Positions 1 through 13,152 of a stretch of 64,000 nt of DNA are shown piece after piece. Under the pieces are notes generated by a model. The model worked only from the letters and a program-made list of their open reading frames with translations. It searched no databases and was not told the origin of the DNA. Each line of letters begins with the position of its first letter. Position 1 is the stretch's first letter. The DNA is from Yuukianura sp. NJ FZ-2021. Lineage: Eukaryota. The position numbers were made by a program, and so were the translations under genes. The stretch covers positions 1,302,001-1,366,000 of the forward strand of contig CM102284.1 of NCBI GenBank assembly GCA_046563655.1. The letters are read 5' to 3'.

Positions 1-987
1 ATTTCAAAACATTTTACCGTCAAAGCTAATTGTATGGTTTGTATTTAACATGAAACTCATCACCAGAATATAAACCGAAAAAAGGCGTGCCAAAAGCAAT
101 GAACTTTGAAGTTTGTTTGGAAAAATTAACATAGCAGAGAAGCGAAGTCTTCAAAATGTGATCGAAATGATGCTATATAATTTGTTGAAAAGTTAATTTT
201 TAAAGGTGTTTTCTGTTTCTAAGTGAGACGTAATTCTAGTGTACTACTTTGAACAAAAATAATTATTGATTTGTACTTATTTATGTCAACTTAGCTGAAA
301 TAACAGTCGTCATCTCAAGTCATTATAAACTCATTAAGAAAAGATATGCAATGGCCAATCACGAAACCCCAAAAGAAAACATTTGAGGAATACATTTTCA
401 AAACCATGCTACATTTTTTAAAAATCCATTTAATAATACTATGCATATGCATAGAACTATTCAATGTACCACGACTTATTAGGAAAATTGGAAAATTTCA
501 TCCTAGGCCAATCTTTTTTTTTTTTTTTTTTGCTTCATTGAAAATTTTATGTGGCAGAATTTTTATTAGAATTTTGTGTGGCAAACTTTTGTTATGTGAG
601 TCTTGTTGTAGCGAGACCGTTGTTTGCAAAATACGTTTAATTAAAACTATTACAATTTACTAACGAATTTTTCAACAAAAATAGCGTGCTGAAAATGAAG
701 CCAGGTTATTTCTACAAAAGTGCGACTAGATCACACCAGTTTGGTACTTCATTTACTACGGAGTTACTTAATATTTAAATAATGTAAATAAAATGCTAAG
801 TTTTCAGTGTCATCTATCAGCTAACTAAATTATTCAACAAAGTTCTGACCACCTTGTTTTTTATGAGTAAATATGTTACAAAAGCTACTTTTTACATTGA
901 CCTTGTTTGTCCGTCGGCAGTCGGCGACTCAGCAGCAATCATCTTGGAAATAAGCTCAACATAGCAATTAATTATTGTCAATAAAAT

Positions 988-2202
988 CTAATTAAATGTA
1001 ACTAGCATAAATGCGACTCCATGCGTGATGTTGTCCAGAAGCGTCAACTTGGCTTCACTCTCCATGTAGTAGAATCCTCCAATTTTGGATTTGATAATTG
1101 GAATTGACCTCAGGTCAACTTCAAGTCTTTTCGACAAGTTTCTGCGTCTCATATTTTGATGAAATTGTTTTGAAATGTTGAAAACAAGTGACATGGCCAG
1201 TGCTCCAGGAACACAGAAAAGTACAAGGATAATCAAATAAACAAAAAACATTGAAAATACAAGTGGATCTAATTTTTCCCTGAGACAAACCAGGGCAAAT
1301 ATAACAATGTTCAAGCCAAAAATTGCAGCAAATTTTGTTAATGGAACAAAAACGGGCCCAAATACAGCGTTATGCATTTCATTCAAAATGGTCACTTTTC
1401 GGTACAACTTGATACGCTCGTTTTGCAATTCCTTGGTTTCGTCGTTATCCAGTAAAGGCCACTCCATACTACAAAAAAATATAATATTTTGCATGAAAAG
1501 GTCGGAATTTTGATGTAATAAAAGCTGAGTACGTACTTTTGAAAAAAAAAAAAAATTTTGAATGGAATTTTTTTTTACTCACCTCGATTTTTTGAGCCAA
1601 AATACAATAGTTGTAATTGACGGAGTAAAAATGACCAAATGCAAATTTAAATCCACTATCAATGATACACAAGCCAAAACTGTGCAAATAAAAAACCCAA
1701 AACCAATAATAACAGATCCAAATTTTCCACATTTAAACAAAACCATTTGAAAACCGGCACTGACAACTGCAGCGGCAGAAAAAAATAGTAATGCAAAATA
1801 TATTATTTCAGTCCAAAATTTTCTGGGACCAAATTCTTGTTTGAAAAATTTGTGTCCAAGAACTTTATTGAACAGGACCAAACTGTTTCCAATCTGAAGC
1901 AATTGATCCAATTTGGTTTGAATATTAAACTTTAACACTATTGCACAAAAGTAAATCAGACTGTACATACAATCCAAAATTCCGAGTGCTGCGTTTTCGT
2001 TTTTGAAATTATCTTTAGCGTCAACCAAAAAGAAAATGAAGAACAAAATATTCAAAATTTGTAAACATTCTGAAAACAACTTTTTCCAAATGGAATTCCG
2101 TTGAGTCAAAATTCCATTTTGAAATTGAAATTGAACAAATTTGGGTTTTGATAAAAGTGCAAGAGCAGTTGAGTAAATTTTTAATTCAGCAAAAAAATTC
2201 AT
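988..2202 (-). CDS. Gustatory-receptor-like 7TM ion channel (array copy 1), 2 exons, ~366 aa
   Basis: Exon1 2202-1583 (ATG gives the same 207-codon exon-1 ORF as paralogs; donor AG|GTGAGT). Exon2 1468-988 (acceptor tgtag|T); phase-2 join is in frame. Seven hydrophobic segments; C-terminal GGFYYM...LTLLDNI..G.AFMLVTF resembles the GR/7TMIC TM7a/b. Confidence 0.75.
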
Positions 2203-2854
2203 TGCTTTCCCTTTTTTTTTTTGCTTCAAATGGATTTCGAAAAATGAACACCTCTGTTTAATCGAAGCAACAAATTTATAAGAATTTGTCGCCAAACGTT
2301 TCAGAATTGTACAATATTCCTACACTATTGAAACAAGCAATTTTAGTGCCGAATCGTAATGTAGGGTTTGTGCTACGTCATGAAACCCATTATTATAATC
2401 AAAATAAGCCAAAACGAATGGCGTGGCAAACTAAATGAACATGGAAGTCTATCAATCAAAATCAACGGAGTGGTAGAGTAATGCCTGCGTTTAAAAATGT
2501 ACTCCAAATACGACGCTTTATAATTTGAGTAAAAGAAAAGGTTTTCATGGATTTTTGTTTTAATGTAAACCATAATAATTGTTCTTTACAACTTTGGATA
2601 AGTATAAGGTTAACCTTATGTGATTGACTTGTACAGCTAATTCCAATAAATCGAATTCAGAGCAGCGTTTAGCAAATTTATAGGAAAGGGCAAGGAAATT
2701 ACTCAAAGTAAACTGAACCTAAAACTTAAAAAAAATTGTTTAGTTTCTCACCAGGGAAAGGTCACGAATCACGCAAAACGAATTATAAGTAACATGTGAG
2801 GTTAGGCAAATATTAGCTAAATATTTTTGACAGGTCTATGAATTACAAAGAAAG

Positions 2855-3918
2855 CTAATTAAATGTAACTAGCATAAACGTAATTTCGTAAATTGTTTCG
2901 AAATATTGAAAACAAGTGACATAGCAAGTGCTCCAGGTATAAAGAGCAGTGCAAGGATTACCAAGTAAACAAAAAACAATGAAAATAGAAAGAGATCTAG
3001 TTTGGCTCTGAGGCAAACGACGGCAAATGCGACAATGTACAATGCCAAAATTGCTGCAAGTTTCATAATAGGAACAAAAATGGATCCAAATACAGCGTTA
3101 TGCATTTCATTCAAAATGGTCACTTTTCGGTACAACTTGATACGCTCCATCTGCAATTCTTCGCTTTCGTCGTTATCCATTATAGGCCACTCCATGCTAT
3201 GGAGACATGTTCAAATTATTTCTTGAGATGTTCAGAATTTTGATTTAAATATACGTTTTCGAGCATGTAATTTTGGAAAAACAATAAATGAAACTTACCA
3301 AGATTTTTTGAGCCAGAATGTAATGGTTGTAATGGAAGGAGTAAAAATGACGAAATGAAAATTCATGTCCAAAATTAGTGCTACTAAAGTCAAAACTGTG
3401 TAAACAAAAAAGAAAAAATCGAGAATGATAGATTTAAATCTTCCAAATTTAAACCAAATCATTTGAAAACCGGCACTGCCGAGTGAAGCGGCAGTAAAAA
3501 ATAATAGAGCAAAATATATTATTTCAGTCCAAAATTTTCTTGGCGCAAATTGTTGTTTGAAAAATTTGTCCCCAAGAACATTGTTGAAGAGAATCAAACT
3601 GTTTCCAAATTTAAGCAATTCATTTAATTCGCGTTGAGTGTTGAACTTAATCGGTATTGCACCAAAGTAAATTAGACAATAAAAACAATCCAGAAGTCCG
3701 AGCGCTGCCTTTCTATTTTCGAAATTATTTTTAGCTTCAACCAAGTAGAAAGTGCAAAATAAAATGTTCATAACTTGAAACTTTGCTGAAAAAAACTTGT
3801 TCCAAGCAGATGTCCGTCGCAGCAGAATTCCATTTTGAAATTCAAACGCAATAAATTTTGATTTTGATATAATTGAAAGTGTTGTTAAGTAAATTTCAAA
3901 TTCAGTGAAAGAAAGCAT
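2855..3918 (-). pseudogene. GR-like copy 2 with ~140-nt internal deletion in exon 2
   Basis: Exon1 3918-3299, exon2 from 3196. After ISKQF the sequence jumps (near 2881-2890) straight to the paralogous ...FMLVTFN* tail at 2855-2880, removing the GGFYYMESEAKLTLLDN segment and shifting frame. Confidence 0.8.
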
Positions 3919-4865
3919 GGCTTTTTTTTTCTTTTGCTAAATTGAGTTTCGAGAAATGAGCTTCATTGTCTTCGTAGGTAGCAAATTTACAGCAAATCTT
4001 TGAATACGTGGGACTTACGATTGGATCACTCCAAACTAAAATTATATGATTTTAGACTTGAGTCAACAAAATTACAAAATTTACATTTCGCAGAAGCTAA
4101 GCGTGAAAACATATGTAAGAATAGTGTTAGAATATGAAATCTACTACTCGGAGTATATAATTTAAGTAAACTGACGAGGCGTGTCAACGTTAAATAACTG
4201 TCGGTGTATCGACAATAATTAAAAGACACCGATTTACATCGGGTGTTGAAAACCACATTCATCTGAACTCTTCAATTATAGAAAACACCAAGCGTTTTCC
4301 TAAACTCCAAAGCATTCTATTAACTAAAAGTTTATGGACTTTTACGTTTACTATATAGTGAATTGTAATTATACCTCACCATTTCGAATTATAACAACCT
4401 TCATCGATTTGTCGATAACCAATGGAGTAGAAATATTGGCGTCGTTAGTTTTTCGGCTTAGACTATTTTTTCTTTAAATGTCTGTTTTTTTTAAAGGGTG
4501 CTTCAATATATTCAAATTATTAATAACCTTGCTACCCAGGCCAAGGTAAAAGACGATAAGTCTTAGCACTGTCTAAAATTGGGTTTAGTATTAGTAATTT
4601 AAAACAAAGTACATAACAATATGCATGAAATGGCATACCCAAGCGAAATTTTTTCTATTTCACATATTGATTTTTGTTGAAGTCCATTCCAGGATTGGCA
4701 CATCATGCTAGTCAAGCATTAACATGATTAATCAACATTATGAGAAATAATTCATTAAGCTTCAAACACATTAAGATTCACACTTATGATGATCTAGTAT
4801 GATTTTGCTTCCTGGCCACAGGTTTGATAGAATTTGTCAAAAAAAATTTTACCCAAAAGTATACA

Positions 4866-7235
4866 ATGGAAGTGCTAACTCTGTTTTGGGTTGTAATGCA
4901 AAATATCATTCTAGTTTTTCAAAGCTTCAAAATCAGTGCAAATGCCGATCATGTTGGATCAGTTGGAACAAAAATTAATCGAAATTGGTATTTTGAAGTG
5001 AATCCACTCCTGGACTCTTTGCAGTCATGTGACATTCAATTTTACTTTTACTCTTTCCGTATAGCTGATGTCCAACTTCACACAACGGAATTTCCATTTT
5101 CAATATTTTTTCATCAAAATTTCAAAAACGGAATGTTGACAGATATGCGCAACCCTCCACCAAAAGCAATCGTTCGGCGTCGAAGAGCTATATTTTGCCA
5201 ACTATTCCTACTAATTCCTGCCGTATTACAAAGAGTAAAAGACTTTGAGGGAATTGTGCATACAAGAGTTGGATACATTGACCCGCATGGTTGGCACACT
5301 GAACTCCCTTCGTACATTTTCCTGTTTTCATTTCACAATGACCAATTCCCGCTAGAAAGCTACTTTTACCATGGAAACGGTGCTTACAGGCTTCAAATCG
5401 AAAGAAAATTTATCATTTTTTACATTTACGAAGCCACGACTGCGCAGGAAGGAGTTTTTGAATTGCAAATTTTCTGGGCCCAAGTTTGCTGGAATTCCTT
5501 TCTTGCGCATGTGAAAAATTCAAACAAATCCAAAAACGGGCGCTACTTCTACTCATTTACTGCTGCACAACAAAGTTTGGCAAACCTTGAGCGGCAAGTT
5601 GGAAAAGTTCTTAAACCGAGAAAAACCATCGATGAACAAAACATAAACAACATCCGGCAATTTTTGAAAACGCCTTTTGAAAATCCAAAAAAGTTTGCAA
5701 AGTATTACACTATTGAAGCGATGCTATTAAAAATTTTGTTCGAGGACATAGTCTTCTATGAGCCAGTTTACACCTCAAAACTACCCGAACCAGTTGTGGC
5801 TTTTGATATCATAGTTAGATTTGTTGAGGGTACAGCAATTTTTAAATCCAAGCGAATGTCAGAGTGGACTGGGCACAATGACATGGCCAGACCAACACGC
5901 CTCGTGGTATACAAATTTTCAAGTTATAATTTTGCCGTCTGTGCAAAAACTGAACAAATTTTGTCATTTGACCTCTACCACTCTCCGTTCAAACACAAAT
6001 TTTGGACTGCCTACCTCATACTACTATGCATTATGCCAAATTTACTCATTTTAGTATACTTTACCAAAATTTCAAAACCGCGCCGTCACCCATGGAACTT
6101 TGTTTACAACGTCTGGGCTATTATAGTTGGAACAATACTTGAAACCGCTCCAGATCCGAACCGGGATATCGGTTCAACCGAAACGTTGCACCGAATTTAC
6201 CGGATTCTGATCGGCATGTGGGGAATTCAGGCATTCTTTGTTGCAAATTTGTATCGGAACTGGTGGGCCGTTGATCAAATTGTGCGAATTTCCGCCGTTC
6301 ACCACTTTACAAGTTTTAAAGATACTAAACATTTTAAGTTTTACGGTTCCGAGGAGTTTAAAGAGACAGTTGCCGACTATTGCTTAATATTGTATGGAGC
6401 AGCGGAATACCGCATTGACTTTGCCCGGTATGGCTATTTACATGTATGTGCAGGGAATGCGTCCGCCGATGTTGTTAACCATTATGGTTTTCAACATGTT
6501 TTTGGAAATTGTGTACAAGTGAAACAGTTGGCTTCGTCATACGGAATGTCAAATATGACGGATCTTCAAAATTGGCGTCTACTAGTGAACTACAATCCAC
6601 AAAAAAAGAAACAAGTCGTTGACAAATATCCATTTCCCACACCGTTCTTGTTCACACAGGAATACCAAAGTGTAGAATCCATGTATGAACAAGTATCAAA
6701 GTGTGATCGTGTCGCACTTTTAGAAAATAATGAGGCTATAGACTCATTTTTAGACTACAGTAAGTACAAATCCAACGATGTTGAATTTGCAAAAGGCAAA
6801 GAAGAAGCGTTTAGTCAAGCAGTTGTTTTTTGGTTTAGAGATTGGAATTCAGAGTATTTTTACAACAGAATGCAAAGGATAATGGAATCTGGAATTTACT
6901 TTATTTGCTACAAGTATTGGCACAAACACTATCCACAAAAATGGGCCAATGAGTTACAGCCCATGCGCAGAAATGAAACTGCCACGTATCAAGTTGCTCC
7001 ACTTGCAATCAAAATGGAAGTTGTTTACTTGTATACAACGGCCGTAATTTTAGTACTTGTTGTGGGGTTAGGAGAAGTCGTGTTGTGTTGGAATGCAAAG
7101 GCGAGTATGCTAATTTTGAGAAAACGACTACAAAAAGTCAAATTTTGTTCTAAATTCAAAGTTGTCAATTCTTTTAAAAAGAAAAAACAAAGAAAAATAT
7201 ATATAAACCGATTTGGTCGAAAAGTGCTTTTTTAA
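4866..7235 (+). CDS. Divergent ionotropic receptor (IR)-like protein, intronless, ~789 aa
   Basis: Single long ORF with hydrophobic N-terminus. IR-like landmarks: YNFAVC...LSFDLYHSPF..KFW (pre-M1), RILIGMW...FVANLYRN (M2/M3), RMQRIMESGIY (S2), and a C-terminal TM. Confidence 0.7.
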   Translation: MEVLTLFWVVMQNIILVFQSFKISANADHVGSVGTKINRNWYFEVNPLLDSLQSCDIQFYFYSFRIADVQLHTTEFPFSIFFHQNFKNGMLTDMRNPPPKAIVRRRRAIFCQLFLLIPAVLQRVKDFEGIVHTRVGYIDPHGWHTELPSYIFLFSFHNDQFPLESYFYHGNGAYRLQIERKFIIFYIYEATTAQEGVFELQIFWAQVCWNSFLAHVKNSNKSKNGRYFYSFTAAQQSLANLERQVGKVLKPRKTIDEQNINNIRQFLKTPFENPKKFAKYYTIEAMLLKILFEDIVFYEPVYTSKLPEPVVAFDIIVRFVEGTAIFKSKRMSEWTGHNDMARPTRLVVYKFSSYNFAVCAKTEQILSFDLYHSPFKHKFWTAYLILLCIMPNLLILVYFTKISKPRRHPWNFVYNVWAIIVGTILETAPDPNRDIGSTETLHRIYRILIGMWGIQAFFVANLYRNWWAVDQIVRISAVHHFTSFKDTKHFKFYGSEEFKETVADYCLILYGAAEYRIDFARYGYLHVCAGNASADVVNHYGFQHVFGNCVQVKQLASSYGMSNMTDLQNWRLLVNYNPQKKKQVVDKYPFPTPFLFTQEYQSVESMYEQVSKCDRVALLENNEAIDSFLDYSKYKSNDVEFAKGKEEAFSQAVVFWFRDWNSEYFYNRMQRIMESGIYFICYKYWHKHYPQKWANELQPMRRNETATYQVAPLAIKMEVVYLYTTAVILVLVVGLGEVVLCWNAKASMLILRKRLQKVKFCSKFKVVNSFKKKKQRKIYINRFGRKVLF

Positions 7236-7748
7236 AGTCGATAATTTGTTTTCGTATGTAAATAGCTTTTCTTTGCTGTTTTAGCTATTTATGATTTCAA
7301 AGCAAATATTTCTTGAAGTGCTTGTGCAATGAATGAGGCCGAAATCGACTAACTTGGAATTAACTATTGGTCAAAATAACCACATGCTTGTTAAACAACA
7401 TAACTAAAGTTAGTTTAGGACCTTAGAAAAGTAGATTTTATTTTAAAATTAATTAATTACTTAAAATAAAAATTAATTACAATTAATTAATTAATTAATT
7501 AAAAGTAATTAATTACAATTAATTTTCAAATTAATTAATTAATTTGTAAATTAGTTAATTTATTTGCTTTTAAAGCAAGAAAATGCAACCAAGAACAGTA
7601 ACAGCTTAACTTAAATAGGCCTACTTCGACATACATGTTTGTCCGACTTTTTGGTCGGCTGTGGGTTAGTCAGCTGCAATTATTTAGGAAATAGCTCACC
7701 TTTCTCCGTAACTTTGAATTAAGTTTATATCAGTGTTAGCTACTAAAA

Positions 7749-8984
7749 CTAATTGAACGTAACAAGCATAAATGCGATTCCACGCGCTAAGTTGTCTAAG
7801 ATTGTCAACTTCGCTTCACTCTCCATGTAGTAGAATCCTCCAATTTTGGATTTGATGACAGGAATTGACTTTAGGTCAACTTGAAGTTCAACGTGACTGT
7901 TACCTCTCATGCTCCGATGAAACTGTTTTGAAATGTTGAAAACCAGTGACATGGCAAGCGCCCCACATACCAAGACAAGCACAACAAAAATCAAATAAAC
8001 AAAAAACAATGAAAATAAAAACGGATCTAGTTTCGCCCTGAGGCAAACCACGGCAAATACGACAATGTACAAGGTCAACATTGCTGTAAGTTTTGTCACT
8101 GGCACAAATACGGCTCCAAATACAGCGTTATGCATTTCGTTCAAAATCGTCACTTTTCGGTACAACTTGATACGCTCCTTCAGCAATTCTGTGGTTTCGT
8201 CATTGTGTAGTACAGGCCGTTGTGTACTGCAGAATAAAATTTAAAATTCTTCGTTAGAAGCGCGGAATTTTGATTTAGGGAAAAGCTGAGTACGTACTTT
8301 TAAATAATGAAAATTAGATTAGTAATTAGTAAATTGTAATTAGTAAATGTAATTCTTTACTTACCATGACTTTTTGAGCCAGAACGCAATAGTTATGATG
8401 GAAGGAGCGAAGATAACCAAATAAAAATTTAAATCTAACATTGCTGATACACAGGTTAGAACAGTGCAAAGCACAAAGTAAAAATTACAAATAGCAGATA
8501 CAAATTTTCTGGATTTGAACCAAATCATTTGAATACTGGCACTGGCAACTGAAGCCGGAATAAGAAATAATAGAGTAAAATATATTATTTCTGTCCAGAA
8601 TTTTTTCGGGGCAAATTTTTGTTTGAAATACTTTTCCCCTAGAACTTTGTTGAAAAGAATCAAACTGTTTCCAAATTGAAGCAATTCATCCAATTCGTGT
8701 AGAAGACTGAACTTAAACACGGCTGCATAAAAGTAAATTAGGCCATACAAAGAATCCAAAATTGCAAATGCTGCGTTATTTTTGTCGAAATTATTTTTAG
8801 CTTCAGCCAAGTAGAAAATGCAAAACAAAATGTTCACAAATAGCAACTTTACAGAAAAAAACTTCTTCCAAATAAAATTGCGTGGTAGCAGAATTCCATT
8901 TTTAAATTCAAATTGAACAAATTTTGATTTTGAAATAAGTGCAAGCGTAATAGAGTAAATTTTGTATTCAGTCTCCGAAATCAT
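7749..8984 (-). CDS. GR-like copy 3
   Basis: Exon1 8984-8365 (TG|GTAAGT), exon2 8226-7749; in frame, paralogous to copy 1. Confidence 0.8.
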
Positions 8985-9029
8985 CGCTAAGATTTTTGCT
9001 TGGATATTAAACTTGGAAGAATAAATTCA

Positions 9030-9075
9030 AAAAAATGAACACTATTGTACACTGGGGACAAGAAATTTATAGGAA
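9030..9075 (-). promoter_or_regulatory. Conserved TATA/Inr-like core promoter of GR-like genes (example: copy 3)
   Basis: Minus-strand CCTATAAATTT followed ~28-35 nt later by TAGT/TCATTT. Recurs ~65-115 nt upstream of the ATG of most copies (e.g. ~2275, 11285, 14510, 16660, 18860, 21580, 23420, 50925). Confidence 0.55.
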
Positions 9076-10016
9076 ACCGTGAGCCTAATTGCCTAGCCTT
9101 GATACGGAAAATCGTTGTTTCAAAATGATTTTACCGTCAAAGCTTAATGTATGGTTTGTACTTAACATGAAACTCATTACCACAGAGCAAACCGAAAAAA
9201 GGTGTGCCAAATGCAATGAAAATTGAAGTCTCACTATTTGAACAAACTGTGAGAGTAGTAAAGTAACGTTTGCGATTGGACATTTCTTCCAAGTCATTCT
9301 ATATAATTTGCGGAAAAGTTAATTTTTAAAGGACTTCTGTTTTTAATTGAGACGTAATTCTAGCTTTCTTACTTTGAATAAGAATTATTGACTTGTACTT
9401 ATGATGTCAACTGACCTGAAATAACAGTCGCCATTTCATGTCGTGAGACATTTGAGGACTATATTTTAAAATTGACACTATATTTTCAAAAATCGATTTG
9501 ATTTGACTATGCATGAATAAAATTATTTAATGCTCAACGACTTATTTGGTAAATTTCATCCTAGGACAATTCTCTCTTTTTTTTTGTTTCATTGGGACTT
9601 TTATGTAAATTTAGAATCTTTAATTTGCAAACTTATTTGAGTGTTGTCAGGAATCCGCTACTTAAAAATAAGGTTAAAATAAGCTATTAGATAACAAATT
9701 ATTCTACAAGAATGGCGTAGGTTATTTCTCCAAAATTGCAACCAGACGCACGTTTTAGATTTAAGTTATTTACTTAAATTTAACTAATATAAATAGAATG
9801 ATTCGTGTGCAATGTCATCTAGCAATCAAGTAAATTATTCAACTAAATTCTGACCACCTTGTCTTATATTAGTAAATATGTTACGAGAACTACTTTTTAC
9901 ATTGACCACGTCTGTCCATCAGTTTAGTCGGCAGTCGGTGAGTCAGCAGTCATCTTGGAAATAGCTCAACATTTGCAATAACTCTGAATTAGCAATGAAT
10001 TATTACCAACAAAAAT

Positions 10017-11206
10017 CTAGTTGAACGTAACTAGCATAAATACGATTCCATGCGCTATGTTGTCCAGAAGCGTCAATTTGGCTTCACCCTCCATATGGTA
10101 GAACCCTCCAATTTTGGATTTGATGACAAAAACTGACCTCAGTTCTACTTCTAATTGTTTCGTCAATGTTTTTCGTCTCATATTCTGGTGAAACTGTTCC
10201 GAAATGTTGAAAACAAGTGACATGGCTAATGCTCCAAATGCAAAAAACAGAGCAAAGACAATCAAGTAAACAAAAAACAATGAAAATACAAATGGATCTA
10301 GCATGGCCCTGAGGCGAGCCACGGCAAATGCGACAATGTACAAAGCCAAAATTGCACCAAGTTTAGTCACGGGAACAAAAACGGGTCCAAATACGGCGTT
10401 ATGCATTTCATTTAAAATAGCCACTTTTCGGTACAACTTGATAGTGGTTTCGAAGCTACTCAGCATAGTCCCCTCCACACTGTAGAAGAAAATTTAAAAA
10501 AAATTTCTTAGAAATCCGGAATTTTGATTTACGGAAAAGCTGAGCACCTACTTTTTAGAAACAAGTGAATGAAATTTTTTACTTACCACGATTTTTTGAG
10601 CCAAAACACAATAGTTGTAATCGAAGGAGTAAAAATAGCCACATAAAAATTTACATCCAATATTGTCGAAACACAAGTCAAAATTGTGTAAATAAAAAAG
10701 CAGAAATCGTAACTAACAGACCCAAATCCTCCACATTTAAACCAAATCATTTGAACAGCGGCACTGCTAAATGAAACGGCAATTAAAAATATAAGCGCAA
10801 AATATATTACTTCAGTCCAAAATTTTCTCGGGCCAAATTGTTGTTTGAATAATTCTTTTCCAAGGACTTTGTTAAAAAGGATTAAACTGTTTCCATATTG
10901 AAGCATTTCATCCAATCCGTGTAGAACATTAAACTTTAACACGGTTGCATAAAAGTAAATTAGACAATAATAACAATCTAAAAGTCCGAGCGCCGCCTTT
11001 CTGTTTTCGAAATTATTTTTAGCTTCAACCAAGTAGAAAGTGCAAAACAAAATGTTTATAACTTGCAATTTTGCTGAAAAAAACTTTGTCCAAAGAGATT
11101 TGCGTTGTAGCAGAACTCCATTTTTAAATTCAAATTCACCAAATTTTGGTTTTGAAATAATTGCAAGCGTGGTAGAGTAAATTTTGAATTCAGTCAACGA
11201 AGTCAT
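10017..11206 (-). CDS. GR-like copy 4
   Basis: Exon1 11206-10587, exon2 10479-10017; in frame; closest to copy 6. Confidence 0.8.
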
Positions 11207-13152
11207 TGCTCAAATTTTTTTTGGATATTAAAGTTGAGAATAAATTCAAAAAAATGAACACTATTTTGCACTGGGGACAAGATATTTATAGAAAACCGTG
11301 AGCTTGATAACGTAACCTTAATACGACAAGTCATTATTTCAAAAACATTTTAACGTCAAAGGTTAATAGTTTAATGTATGGTGTGTACGTAACGTGAAAC
11401 ATGAAACTACAATGTAAACCAAAAAAAGGCGTGTCAAATACAATGACCTTTGAAGTCTAACTATTAACAGACTTCTAGAGAATGACGTCGTCATTATTTT
11501 TTCGAAATGATGCTATATAATTTGTGGAGAAGTTAATTCTAAGAGCATTTTCGTTTTTAAGCGAGGCTTAAATTCTAGCTTACTACTTTGAATAAAAAAT
11601 AATAATTTGTACTTATGATGTCAGTAATAACAGTCGTCATTTCAAGTCATTCAAAACTCATTAAGAAAAGATGGGCAATTAGATCAATCAAGAAATCTCG
11701 AAAGAAAACATGTATTTGAGAAACATGTATAATTTTCAAAACCACACTATATTTTTAAAATCGATTTGATCATACTATGCTTGAATTAAATTATTTAAGT
11801 TTTTATTTATTGAGTTTAATTTATTTAGGAAATAAAGCATTAGAAATCATTGTTCAAGCTTTTTTTTAAAAGAAGGCATGAACAAATTACCAGAAGTTGA
11901 ACTACGTTTGTATACACTACAAGCAACAAACCCATTAATTAAAAAAATTACAGCCGCAGGTTAATGTACGGTGTGTGCTGCAACTTGAAACCCATTACTA
12001 TAATTTAAAAAAAACGAAAACAAGGTGTCGTAAATAAGATAAAAATTGAGGTCGATTGACAAAAATTAACGGAGCAGAAAGATAATTCCTGCATTTAAAA
12101 ATTTCTTTGGTGCTTTATAATTTGCGATGAAGTTAATTTTCTTGGATGCTTGTTTTGGCTTTTGTTTTAATGTGACATATGTAATTGTAGCGAACAACTT
12201 TGAATAAGCATAAGGTTAAAACCTTATACTTTGACTTATACTTATAACATCAGTAAATCATCGAATTGAGAACCAGGTTTTTATATATTTGTTCTAATGT
12301 AAGGCGTAATTGTATCTTATGAGGTACAATCATAACTTTGCATATATTTTTATTACTTACAACTTTGAGTAAACATAAGGTTATAACCTGCAATTGACTT
12401 GTTAATTTATACCAATAAATCGAATTCAGAAACGCTTGTTATTCTTTCTGCAAAAGCATTTTAAGCTTTAATAAAATCGTTTTCCTTTGTTATACTTTTT
12501 GAATAAAAATGCTGCAATTCCGTTTTTAACACCATTTATTAACATTTTCAAACATTAAGAAATAACTGGACGAGCCTTTTTCAAAAAAACTACAGCCAAT
12601 AATGCCTGCCAAATTTCTTTTTCCAGTGTCTGTATTATTTTAATTTGGGGTTTTTGTCAACAGTAATGTCCGATTTTGTTTATTTGAAAACCGTCAGTTA
12701 CGGAAAGCTCTACCGCCACAAGCTGTCAATTCTTATTATTTTTTTTTAAGTTAAGCCTGTAAAGTCTTAAAGATTTGTTTCAGTACTTTCCAATTTTAGT
12801 AGTTTCCAATTTGAGGAATATAATGCGGGAAAATAGGTATTTTTTTAACATTTTCCATAAATTTGAGTTTGTAATTAATTAATTACTAACATAAAAAGCT
12901 AATTGAACGTAAATCAGCATAAATCCGATTCCACACGTTGTTGTTGCTGTGAACAAAACTTACTCAACAGCACAACGGCATTCGGTGTTTGAATTTAGTA
13001 AGTTATACAAACAAATTCTAACCAACTATAAGAACTACTTTATTACATTTATACTGTTTGCCCGTCTGTCGATTAATTGGCTGCAATTGTCTAAGAAATA
13101 TTTGAAAATTACCCTTAACCTTGAACTAGTAAGTAACTATTAACAAGAACAT

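Noticed and set aside
346-663. 105-aa ORF
   Set aside because: Lies in spacer sequence whose paralogs (~17060-17360, ~19800-20090) do not preserve the frame.
7440-7565. AATT-rich quasi-palindrome
   Set aside because: Low-complexity AT tract with no TSD or defined ends.
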